Origin: the human T2T-CHM13v2.0 reference genome, Homo sapiens
Strand: one strand, 5' to 3'
Assembly: GCF_009914755.1 (NCBI RefSeq)
Contig: NC_060926.1
Length of the DNA: 64,000 nt
This document shows positions 26,801 through 39,328 of the stretch, one piece after another; positions within the stretch are counted from its first letter, which is position 1, and every line of letters starts with the position of its first letter. The position numbers and the translations under genes were made by a program. The notes under the pieces were generated by a model. It was not told the origin of the DNA. It searched no databases and saw only the letters and a program-made list of their open reading frames with translations.

Positions 26801-28100
26801 CGTCTGTCTTTCTCAAGAGGAATTAAGCTGAAATCCCATCACTCAAGGTCATGAATACCTTCACCATATGCCAGTTTTCGGGAAAAAAAATGATTTCTTA
26901 GAGCTCCACAATGTATTTCTTTTAATGAAACCTATGTGGGCTTAAGAGAGTTTTCCTTTCATAGACTCTGCAAAGGTATTGGGTAATAGTTGAGAAAGAT
27001 CATTTGGGATATAGACACTCTCCTCTAATCTGAGTTCCTTCCACCAGGACATGGCATAGCAGTGACTTGGTCTAACATTCCTGGTGAACAGAGCCACAGC
27101 AAACGTTGGAAGAGGCTGCTTTCTCATGAACTTACAAATTGTGCCAGACTCCAGAGGCCATGAACAACCATACAGATATGTGAAGAGTCATTCACCCTAA
27201 GCCAAAGTCAGCACGCCCTGAGCAGGAATCCTGTAGAAATGAACACTCCTGTCTCCTGTATTCAGGGGCAAAAAAAAACCAGCATAGATGAAGGTACTCC
27301 CTTCACCTCACCAGCTCCAGGAGTTATACCGCAAATCACACACAAGCATACATGCACACACACACAACATTGCTGAATCAACAGAAGCTGATCAGCTTTG
27401 GTGCACATAATTGGGAAAACACGATTTAATTTGTTAAAATAAGTGAAGACGAGGAAATCACTAACTTTCTGTCGTTCTACAGATTTCTGTTCCTGAAAAG
27501 GACGGCTGAGTTACATGATTTTTATTTTACGCAGGCATTTCTTAGTATATAGGAAGTTACAATATGCTTTTAGAAACTGATTCCTTAGATTGTGTGTGTG
27601 AGACAGAGGTCCACAGCTGTGGCCCCTGGGCTGGTCCAGCCTCCGTGCCCCAGGCCACACTCATGTGGGGACCCAGACCTGCCTCCTTTCCAGGCTGCCC
27701 AGTGCTGCAACCGCAAATGGCTGTGACAGAGACAGCATGACGCACCAAGTCTAAAATAGTCACTATCTGGACATTTACAGAGAATCCCACTAACCCCTGA
27801 CCTAAAGGACATGATTGCTGTACAAAAGGCAGCGAGATGGGACGGGACCAGGCCTCCCTCTGATCTATAGAAGCACGGGGTGGTATGCAGCTCATTGAAA
27901 TCAAATATGCAATCAAGTTTTTGGCCATGTATTAAGAGCCGGATCCAATACAGGAGCCAGGGCACATTTCAGAGGGAACCAAGAACAGAGCCCAGAGCTC
28001 CCCCGAAGCCCGGCTTATGACGAGGAGGTGTGGCTGTGACACAGCGCTGACAAGGCCAGTGCCTGCCATGAAAGCAACCAGTCACGATGAGAAAAGCAGC

Positions 28101-28251
28101 ACAGGGGAAACTGAGGCCAAGACCTCCATGGGGAGCTGGCCGAAGACCACACCGGGAAAACTGAGGCCAAGACTTCCACAGGGAGCTGGCCCAGGACTGC
28201 ACCAGGGTAGCTGAGGCCAAGACCTCCACGAGGAGCTGGCCCGGGACTACA
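28101..28251. repeat. 50-bp tandem repeat, 3 copies
   Basis: ctgaggccaagac(c/t)tcca recurs at 28111, 28161 and 28211. Confidence 0.93.
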
Positions 28252-29265
28252 CAGATACTCTGAGACCAGACACCTCGCGCCTGAGCCCCCGTACGGGCCC
28301 TGCCTGTTCAACAGCAGGAGCTCTGACCTGCCGGGGGGCTTCAGGAAGGGAAATCTGGAGGAGTGCCTATGCAGGACCAAGGCCCAGCCACTCTTCCCTG
28401 CAGGGGCTCATGTCAGGCACAAGGAGCCCAGGCTAAGGGTGCATGGTGCAGCATGGGCCACAGAACCAAAAACGTGGGCAGGCCAGTGTCCATGGACAGG
28501 GACATAGATGAAAACGGTGAGCAACAGAGAGTGGAGTATCACACAGCAGTGAACAAGGAACGGCCTGTACTCGCCTGTGCCCGTTCGCATGTGGGGGCAT
28601 GTAAACTTACCCACAGCAATGCGGATGTATGTATACATATGTAACTCTTAGTTTTAAGTCAACTTCTTCTTGCATGTATAGTCAAAGCATAAAGCACTTT
28701 ACAAAGCAGGTACTTACCAACTTCACATTATAGTGATTATCTCTGGGGAAGGGATGCTGGGAATGAAATTGGGGGAGTTTATATGAATACTAGTGTTGCT
28801 TTGTTTTATTTTCTTTAAAAAAGATCAGAAGAAAACAAGTTAAATTTTCAGGTGTTTCTGTCTTTTTCCAAGTAGTTGGCAAATTACTATAAAATTATTC
28901 TCCATGCTTTTCAGAAAGGTAAAAATATTCCCTATGTAAAAAGTGAAAATATGTATTAAACTTGAGTGTTCTAGATATATAGGAATCCGTTTTCTTCTCA
29001 CAGTTGTATAGTTTTCTGACTGATTTTATTTTATTTTGTATTTTGCCTGGACCTAATTCCCGTTGGTAACAAGCTGTTTTTAAGCCTTTTGGAAGATTCT
29101 CTAAGCACTAACTAGTGTGCCGAAATCACACAAAACTTGGTCATTATAGGCAATAGAGGCAGGTGAAGGTCATAAGCCAGTGTCTGAGGGCAAGTAAATC
29201 AGGGGGCTCCCTCCTTTCCCATAGTGAGGCACTCAGCAGCCGACTTACTATATTAATAGTTGCTC

Positions 29266-29992
29266 AGTGTGAGTGTGTGTGCTGTGTGGTGTGTGGGGTG
29301 TGTGGTGTGTGTGGTAGGGTGTGTGTAGTGTGTGTGATGTTTGTAATGTGTGGTGTGTGTGGTTTGTGCTGTGTGGTGTGTGTGTGCTGTGTGGTGTGTG
29401 TGGTTTTTGTGGTGTGTGATATGTGTGGTGTTTGGTGTGTGTAATGTTAGTGTGTGATATGTGTGATGGGTGTAATGTGTGGTGTGTGTGGCATGTGATG
29501 TCTAGTGTGTGCTGTGTGTGATGTTTGGTGTGTGTGATGTGTGGTGTGTGTGATGTGTGTGGTGTCTGGTGTGTGATGTGTGATGTGTGGTGTGTGTGTG
29601 GTGTGTGATGTGTTTGTGTGATCTCTGGTGTGTGTGGTATGTGCAGTGTGGTGCGTGTGGTGTGCACAGTGTGTGATGTGTGCATGTAGTATATGATGTG
29701 TAGTGTGTGTGGCGTGTGTGGCGTGTGGTATGTGTGACGTGATGTATGTGGTGTGTGTGGTGTGTGTGATGTGTGGTGTGTGTGGTGTGTGGTGAGTGTG
29801 ATGTGTCGTGTGTGTAGTGTGTGGTGTGTGATGTATGTAGTGTGCGTGGTGTGTGTGGTGTGTGTAGTGTGTGGGGTGTGTGGTGTGTGATATATGTGGT
29901 GTGTGCTATGTGAGATGTGTGGTGTATGGTGTGGGGTGTGTGTTGTGTGTGTGGTGTGTATGGTGTGTGATATGTGTTGTGTGTGGTGTGTG
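29266..29992. repeat. ~730-bp GT/GGT-rich low-complexity tract
   Basis: Mosaic of gtgt, gtggt and gtgat motifs, with very little C or A. Confidence 0.95.
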
Positions 29993-31529
29993 TCTAACAG
30001 ATTAGCATGAACGCATGTTTGTAACAGACTCAGGAGACCTGATGGCACTGCACAGCCCAGGTGAATTAGATAAATGTTGGGTCGACTTGGGCCCATGGAG
30101 AAACATCCCCAATAGCTTCTTGCTAACGTCAAGTCAGAGTTCCGAGCCTGAAGTGCAGCCTGGAGGCCACACCGTGGGGATTTAGAAGGGAGGGAGGACA
30201 GGGCAGGGAGGGTTAAGACTGAAAGCGTGTGGTTCAGGCTGCACAGGTGTTAGGAGCTCAGCAGGTGGGTAGGAGCCCCCTGATTCAAGCGCAATTGACC
30301 GGGAGGCAGCTGGGAGCCCTGGTCAAAGGGGACAAAGAAAGGCACCGCAGGGCTGGAGGAACCGGCAGTGGTGCTGAATGTGGCACTGGTGTGAGCAGAC
30401 AGACCTGGCCCTCAGAGCCTGATGACCTTAGAGCCACGACACTGAGGGACGTGGAAAAAGGCCGCGCTGCACAGATGCAGACCAAAGCATTTCAGTAGTG
30501 ATAGGTATTTTGTTGTTTCTTATAAAACACTTCCTAGAATCCATCTATATCAATAATTTTATATATATCTTTAAAAGTAGATAAACATGTGAAATATTTG
30601 TCTTATACATATTCTGGCATCAATAAATTAATATGAGATTCCTTTAATTTTTACAGTAGATAACAGAGACACATGAGTTAATTTTATAGGATAACCTAGG
30701 AGTGCTATTAAGTCACAATTATATGAATTCTTTGTTCAGAACTAGTGAATTTAGAAAGTTTTCTGTTTTTCATTCATGTTTCTGTTTTAAAAATTATGCA
30801 TTTTCATTGAAAAATGTATATGCCAAACTTAAAAGTACAAAGAAAAATGAAACAAAACCCAACAGTAATAGTACAAGCATGATAAAATTATTGGTAATAT
30901 TTTGTTTTCTTCTACATGCACACACACACAATTTTTAAAGAAAAACGGAATGCTTGTATGCACACTGTTTTGTACGCTTTTTATTAACAGACTATGATTA
31001 ATATTTATCATACCTAAATATTTTTCTAAACATGATCTGTACATAGTTTGCATTATATGAACCATGATTTATTTAACCAACTCTTATTTCCAACTCTGGC
31101 CAATAAACAGTTCTTCAGAACACCATTACAGATAAATATTGTGTTCATTGTTTATTATTTGATCACAATAAATTTCTGGAAGTTAAATGGCTAAAATGAA
31201 ATATAAGAACATCTTTGACATTCATACCATATACTGAGACTTCCAGTTATCATACTTAGGAGTGCCTGAGACCAACAGTGTTAGGCCAACACTGGCAATG
31301 CATTTTTAATGACTTTACAAATGTTTCATGGTCTATCATTGTTTTAATCTGCTACCTAAGATTACTGATAATATGGAACAATGTTTTTCACGTTTATTTA
31401 TTTGTATTTCTTCTTTAATAAAGTGTGTGTTCTGATCTTTGAAATTTTCTTAAAATTAATAAAAATTTTAAATATTTTATTTAAAAAGCAAAATATTGTT
31501 TTGTTAAAATATTTAACAGGAATAATGGT

Positions 31530-34150
31530 AGTTTCTGAAATCTACACCTTCACAAATAATCTCCAAAAATACAAAACAATAATATGAATCTAAAAAGAAA
31601 AGGAAACACTCAACATACTGGACACAGAATTATCTCAAACTTAAAGTCACTTCTAAGTAAGAAAAAAAATTTTTTAAAGGAAGATTTTTGTATGCTTCTT
31701 CCAAGAGTCTTTGCAGTGAGCAAAGGGGCTTACAAACAACTACAGAGAAGAAAGAAGAACGAAGCTAGCATCAGGCTAAAGATTGATTTAAAATCACAGT
31801 CCTAAAGAGAAAAATCATCCTAAATGTGAAAATAATGAAAAGGTATTCTGATATTTTAAAGAAGTGACTGCAGTGGAAGAACCTTAAGGTGAGTATAATT
31901 TGAAGGGCAGTCTTCAAAATGCATTGCTTGTGGGGGAGAAGAAAGCAAAAGCACTAAGGGAGAGGCACTCTTTGGGAGCTGATATAGGGGAAGAAAAAAA
32001 ATCAACGTTTCAAGTCCCACGTGGTCAAAGAGAACACAAGCCCTCCCTCTACCACCAGCAGTAGGAGCAGCAGAAATCCATTAATGAAACCATGCTTAAC
32101 TGCATGAACAGAAGAGGGTGCTATTGAACTAGGAATCTTATAAACCACCCTCAAATCTATAAAATTAATTTTAAAAATATGTTAATTTCAATAAAGCTAC
32201 TACATTAAAATTAGTAGTCCAAAAACAATATTCAGTTTGCTCTTCAAACCCCCAAAAGAAACATGAAGCAGAATAAAATTTTAACCTAATATTTCAAACT
32301 ACATTAATTATCCTTAAACAATTATTTGTGAGATATGAAAACATCTAGACACTGTAAAACAAAAATGAAAAAAAAAGAGGAAAAACCACAATGAGTATGA
32401 AATGACAGTTGATTGAACACAGGATGAAAATGCTGAAAACAAAGTTATCTCAGAAATAGAAAGCAAAGTAAAGTGCACCATGGAAAATAGCCTAAAATGA
32501 AAATTTACCAAGATGTATTGAATAAATGTAGGGAAATACAATGAAAATGAGAAAATGAAGAAGCGAAAATGATTATGGAGAAAAGGTTGAAACAACATAC
32601 ATATAATTGGAATCCATGAAGGCAAAAACAACAAAGCTATTTAATATAACGAATATTTAAAATTATAATCTGAGAAAACCTTCCCAAAATAAAAGAAGCT
32701 ATTAGTCTATGTATTTAAAGATACACTAGATTAATAGGAAAAATTGACCCAGATAGATCAACAACAATACATCCCAACAAAACTCTTAGATCTCAAGGAA
32801 AAAAGTCTTCAAAGCCTTCAGGTCAAAAGATCAAATAATTTACATGGCATAATAATGTGTAAGATAATAATGAAGCATAATTAAAATAAAAAAGAAAATG
32901 TAAAGCAAAAAAATTATATTCAGCCAAGACTTTCTTCAAGTTTTAAACATACAAGAACTTAGGGAATTCTGTATACTTTGGAATTTCTTGAATAACATAC
33001 TAAAGGATAACCTTCATTCACCAACAAATATTTGTAAAAACGTCAATCAATGGCCAATGGTGTATTGTTTACATATCTAATTAGAAAGCTAAGATTACAA
33101 CAAAGCTAGGGACAAAGATGGGAAATTAATGAATACATATGAAAGTATTTAATTTCTCAAAAAATCATACTATATGGGATATATTTAAAGCAGCAATCAG
33201 AGGAAAATCCATAGTTCTTAATGTTTTTTCAATACAAATAAAACAATAAAATGAATTAAATTATCAGCTCAAATGTTTAAAAAAGACAGCAAAGTAAACA
33301 AAGAAAGCTCAAATGAAGAAATAATATAGATAAAAAATGAATAAAGTAGAAATTAGAAAAGTAGTAGCCTTCATTAATAAATAATAATTCCGTATTTTTC
33401 AAATGAACAAAATACACAAATCACTACCTAACTCAAACAAGAATAAAGGACATACACATACGAAGTGAGCTATAGACATAGATACAGATATAGATGTAGA
33501 TGTACAGATACACATGCACAAAGAGAAATAAGTATTGAAATGAAATTATTAAAAAATAAACCGTCAGAGAGTATTTTGCAGGCCTCTGTAAAAATCTATT
33601 TCATATGAAGAAACAAACATGAGACAAGCCAGAGAAACACTGAAAAACCAAAAAAGTCACTCATGGTGGTAGTGGTGGAAATGGATTAGTTCTACCAGAC
33701 ATTAAAACATGCCATGCAACCTCTATGATTTACATAGTGTGGTACAGGTACATAGATAGAAAATAGAACAGTGGGATGAAATAAATTTCCAGAAATAGAC
33801 CCCAAAATACAAAAATTTAGTGTACAATAAAGATCCTATCTCTTATCACTGAAACAAAGATGGAGTTCTTAATAAATGTACTGGAAAACTAATTTTCCAT
33901 TTGGACAAAGGTAAACTTGGATCTTTATTTTATGCCATACACAAGAATAAACTACAAATGTATTAGGAAACTAAATGTAAAAAAGCAAAACCATACATGC
34001 ACTAGAAAAAAGAAATGAGTAAATTTCCCTTTAACATGGGTAAGAGAAGATTTTGTATCTACAACTAAAAATTGAGATGTAATAAAAGGTTGATAAATTG
34101 GATTATTCAAAATATTTTCACAAGTTCATGACAAAACACTATAAACATAT
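31530..34150 (+). mobile_element. Ancient L1M (L1ME/HAL1-like) 5'/ORF1 and ORF2 fragments
   Basis: A-rich sense strand. ORF1-like ataattggaatccatgaagg at ~32600 and ORF2-like ccagaaatagaccc...aataaatgtactgg at ~33790. Confidence 0.6.
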
Positions 34151-35266
34151 TAGCAAACAACCAGAAAGTATTTGTGACATTCTCAGAAATTGTCATTATT
34201 TGACCTTACTCAGTGAGAAAATCCTTATTTTATGTCCAGGGAATCTATTGAAAATAATCAATGGAAATTGTTACAATTGCACTTACTTAAAGAGGTGATA
34301 CCAGTGTTGCAAACAAGAGGATGGCCAAGAATCTTACTAGGAAGATCTGGGAAGTAAGATGTCCACAGGGCATTGAGAATCATCTGCACGCTCCAGGGAA
34401 TATAGACAGCTATGTGACTGCAGAGCTGCGTACAACTCAGAAAAGACACAAGTCCCCATTTCTTACCTTAGGCTGATCCTGAAGCTCTTCACAAGGAAAA
34501 GGGGAAGGCCAAGGCATAGACGTACAGTCACTGTGTTGAATGACAGCATGTCCCATCTCACATTGGAAGCCCCTTTGCAAAGGGTGGGAAACATTGATGA
34601 AAGAGGCTTAAGAAATCTTGGTTGAATCATTTGCTAACAATGAAGATAACTGAGCATGACTTCTGTGTTCACACAAAGTGGGGAACACGCACTTTACAGA
34701 ATTAGACCAGGAATATCACTGACAAGCAAATAGCAACAACAGCAATGATGGCAACCACAACAAAGAGCAACAACACCACACAGATTGGGAGCTTTAGTTT
34801 CCAGAGTGGACAAATTTAAAAAATATATGTATTTAGTTTTAACAAAGAATTATGAGGCATGCATATAACACAGGAAAGTATGGCCCATCCCCAGGAAAGC
34901 AGACAGTGGAAAGAAACTGTCCTGAGGAAGCCCAGATGTTAGATTTACTAGACACATACTTTAAATGAGATATAAGTCTAATAAAAGAACTAAAGGATAT
35001 CATGTCCAAAGAATTAAACAAGCATGGAGATAAATGGCTCACCACATATATAATACCAATGAAAAAAAGAAATTTTTTAAATTCCAACTCTAGAGTTGAA
35101 AAGTTTAATGACTGAAATAAAATCTTGCTAAAGTGATTTAACATCATGTTTGAGATGGAAGAAGAGAGAATCAGCAACCTTGAAGATATTTCAAGTGAGA
35201 TTATTCAGTCCAAGAAAGAGAAAATAAAAGAATGAAGATACATAAATAGACTCAGACTTTGGGGCA

Positions 35267-37397
35267 CTTAGTCAGTTCAGCTGCTATAATGAAATACAAT
35301 AAACTACGTGGCTGAACAACAACAACAATTTTATTTCCCACAGTTCTGAAGGCTGGAAGTCTGAGACCAGAGTGACATCGTGGTTGAATTCTGGTGAGGG
35401 TCATCTTCCTAGTTGCAGGCTGCTGACTTCTTTGTAACCCCACATGGTGAAAAGTGCACTGGCCAGCTCCCTGGACTCTTTTTATAAGGGCACTCATTCA
35501 GTTCATGAAGGTTTCATGCTCATCACCTAATTCTCCCAAAAGCCCCACCTCTGAATACCATCAACATATGAATTTGGGGGGATGGAAATATTCAGTTAAT
35601 TGCATTTTGCTTTCTTGCCCCACAAAATGTATGTCCTTCTCACATACCAAAGACATTCATTTCATTCCAACAGCCCAAAAAGTTTTAACTTATTTCAGCA
35701 TCAAGTTTGCAATCTAATGTCCAAAGTTTTATTAAAATATTATTTAAGTCAAATATAGGTGAGATTTGAGGTACACTACTTATTCTGAGGCAAAATTTCT
35801 CTGCAGTGATAAATTCATTAAATTAAGTATGTGCTTCCAAAATACAATGATGGGACAGACATAGTTACCCTTTTCTCCCAAAAGGAAGAAAAAAGTGGCG
35901 ATGGGTCCCAAGCAAGTCCAAAATCCAACAAGGCAAACTTTATGAGATCCTAAGGCTGGAGAAAGATCCTTTTTGGCTTAATTTTGTACACTTCCCCCCG
36001 GCCCTGCTCAGTGAGATGGTTTTCCTGCCTTATGGACCTACTGGAGTGGCAACCCTTTCTGCACCCTAGGAGAAGGAATTGCACCCTAAGGGCTCTACCC
36101 CAATGTCTTTGGGCAAAGATCATCTGGCCTGTTGGAAATTAGGTGATGGTCCCCCTTTTCAAAATGGGGGAGGCAGTCCTGATAATCTCTGAATTACCTT
36201 TGGGGTCTTTCTTCCTTTGTCTTGAAGAATAGTGCTATAGTCCTATTCTGTAAAATCCAAGAAATCCAACAGCCTTCTTTTGTTCCTTCTCATCTCCTTC
36301 ATTGTCAGATCAAACTGACAGTTTTTCTGCTGAGGTAGCTAAGGCAGTTCATAGTTTACACTGCTACTAATTTCCCTATCAGAAGGGCACTTGGGCCACA
36401 CCTTTAGTGTTCTCTTTCAAACATGCTTTCTCATTTTTTTTTTTTGCAACATGGATCAGCTGAGAATTTTCTAAATCTTTATATTCTAGTTCTTTTTTGT
36501 TTAGTAATTCCATCTTCAAGTGATTTCTCTTTTTAAATTTTACTGTAAGTCATCAAGAGGGACCAAACAACCCCTGCAACACTTGGTATGAAAATCTCCT
36601 CAGCTAAATATTCATCTTTATTCCTTGAAATTTCTACCTTCCGCAAAACACTAGGACATGAACACAGTTGTGCCAAGTTCTTTGCCATTTTATAACAAAG
36701 ATGGCATTTCCTCCAGTTTCTAATAACATGTTTCTCATTCCATCTGAGACCTCATCGAATGGCCTGTTTGCCAGCCATATTTCTACGACTTTGTTCAGGA
36801 TTGCATAGGTGTCCTCTAAGGCAACTGGGTGTTTCTCTTCAGGCTTTCTTTTTCCTGTCTGGGCTCTTACCAAATTGCCTTTAATAGTCCATTCATGGCA
36901 ATGTAGGTTTTTTCAGCATGCACCTAAAAACTCTTCCAGCTTCTATCCATTACCCAGTTCTAAAGCCAAGCCACTTCCACATTTTTAGATATTTGTTTAC
37001 AGTAGCACCCCCACTTCTTGGTACCATTTTTAAAATCTTAGTCCATTATGGCTGTTATAACAAAATATGTACTATACAGCATTTAAAAAAAAGAAATTTA
37101 TTTCCCACAGTCTGGAGGGTGGGAATTCCGAGATCAAGACACCAGCAGATTTGGTGTCTGAAGAAGGCCTGCTTTCTGGCTCACATATGGTGCCTTCTTG
37201 CTGTGTTCTCACATGGTGGAAGGAACAGCAGCTAGCTGTCTAGCTTGGTCTTATAAAGGCTCAAATGTCATTTACAAGGGCTCCATTTTCATGACCTAAT
37301 TACCTCCCAAAGGCCTCACCTCCAGATATTATCACATTGTTGGGATTAGGAATTCAATACATAAATTTTGGAGGCACACAAGCATTTCAGTTCAGCA
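35267..37397 (-). mobile_element. MLT1A-family MaLR provirus: LTR (35267-35603), internal region, LTR (37032-37397)
   Basis: Two co-oriented ~350-bp LTRs (cttagtc...tttatttcccacag...cacatggtg...gcc(c/t)cacctc) flank a ~1.4-kb MaLR-int-like segment that ends ccccacttcttggtacc. Confidence 0.85.
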
Positions 37398-38890
37398 CAG
37401 ACTTGTGCACACAGGCATTTCAGTTCAGTACATTTGATACCTAACATATCATTGACCAATGGGTGTCCCATTAAGAGAGGAAAGAAAGAGAGAAATAATC
37501 AAACAGAACATTTGAAGAAATAATGGCTAAAACTTTTAAAATTTGACGTAAAAGGTTAATCTGCACATTTAAGAATCTCAATGAACTCCTAGCAGAATGT
37601 ACTAAAAGAAATGCACACCTACACACGTTGTAGTCAAACTGTAAACACCCAAAAGAAACAAAAAATGTGGAGAGTGCCAAGACAACCTGGATGCATCATG
37701 TGAAAGTATTATCAATAAGATTAACAATTGGCTTATCAGAAAACACGGGCACCGGAAGGCAGTGAGAAAACATATTTAAAACACTGAAAACAAAATATCA
37801 AGAATTCTATATGTGGCAGAGCTTTCTTTAAAATATGAAAGAGAAATAAATCATTCTCAGAACAAAAAACAATTGTTGCTATCAAACATGCACTACCATA
37901 AATACCCAGGAGGGGCCTTCAGTCTGAAATGAAAGAGCAGCAGGCAGTAAGTGGAATCCACCAGGAAAGATGAATAATACAATAGATATGGACATAGATA
38001 TGTCCTTTGTATAAAGATACAGATTCATATAAGACCCGTATGAGAACAGATGGGTTTAATGATGTTTGTTTGATCAATGCCAAAATAATCATTTTGCTTA
38101 TGATCCTCTTCTGAAATAAAGCATAAATACTAATAATTATAAAACTATGTTGATGGATTTCTATTGTATAAAAATGTTGTTTGACAATAATAGCAAAAAG
38201 AAGAAAAATTAAAAAGAGCATTATTGGAACAAATTTTTGAATACTATTGAAATTAAGTTGGTATTAATATAAACAATATTATTTTTGTTAGTATGTTAAT
38301 TTTAATCCCCAGGGAAGTCACTAAGAAAATAATTTTTAAAATACAGTAAAATAAACAGCTTAAAATGGCACACTAGAAACTATCTACTTAACTTAAAAGT
38401 AAATAGCAATGAAGGAACAGGATAACAAAAAAGACAGAAATGTACAAAAGCAACCCAGCAAAATGAAAGACATAAATCCTACCTTATGAGTAATTAAAAT
38501 TAATTTAAATGGGTTAAACACTTTATTTTAAAAGGTAGAGATTTTCAGAATGAATTAAAAATAGTTGAGCTGTATCTTGTCTGCAAGAAAAACACTTTAA
38601 ACTGAAAGAATCAAATAGGGTGATATTAAAAGGATAGAAAAACAAACACCATGAAAACATCAACCGAAAGAACTGAAGTTTGCTACACTAACACCAGACA
38701 AAATCCCCTCCAAAAAGTAAAACAAAGTTGGAATCGTCACACTTCCTGATTTAAAATCATATTACAAACTTATAATAAACAAAACAGCATGGCACTGGCA
38801 TAAAAACAGAAACATAGACCAAGGGAGCAGAACTCAGTGACCAGAAATAAATTCAAACATATATGATCAACCAATTTATGACAAGGGCTC

Positions 38891-39328
38891 TGTGATGGTT
38901 AATACTGAGTGTCAAATTGATTGTATTGAAGGACACAAAGTATTGATCCTGAGTATGCCTGTGAGGGTGTTGCCAAAAGAGATTAACATTTGAGTCAGTG
39001 GGCTGGGAAAGGCAGACCCACCCTTAATGCGGGTGGGCACAATCTAATCAGCTGCCAGCGCAGCTAGAATATAAGCAGGCATAAAAATGTGAAAACAGAG
39101 ACTGGCCTATCCTCTCAGCCTACATCATTTTCCTGTGCTGGATGCTTCCTGATCTTGAACATTGGATTCCAAGTTCTTCAGTTTTGAAACTCGGACTGGC
39201 TCTCCTTGCTCCTTGGCCTGCAGACAGCCTATTGTGGGACCCTGTGATCATATGAGTTAATACTTAATAACCTCCCCTTTATATATATTCCATTAGTTCT
39301 GTCCCTCTAGAAAGCCATAACTAATACA
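38891..39328 (+). mobile_element. MLT2A1 (HERV-L) solo LTR
   Basis: tgtgatggttaatactgagtgtc...ctaataca, with TG...CA ends and a perfect 5-bp TSD ggctc (38886-38890 / 39329-39333). Confidence 0.93.

Noticed and set aside
29248-30132. 294-aa His/Thr/Pro-rich minus-strand ORF
   Set aside because: Translation of the CA-rich strand of the GT tract. The lack of stop codons is compositional.
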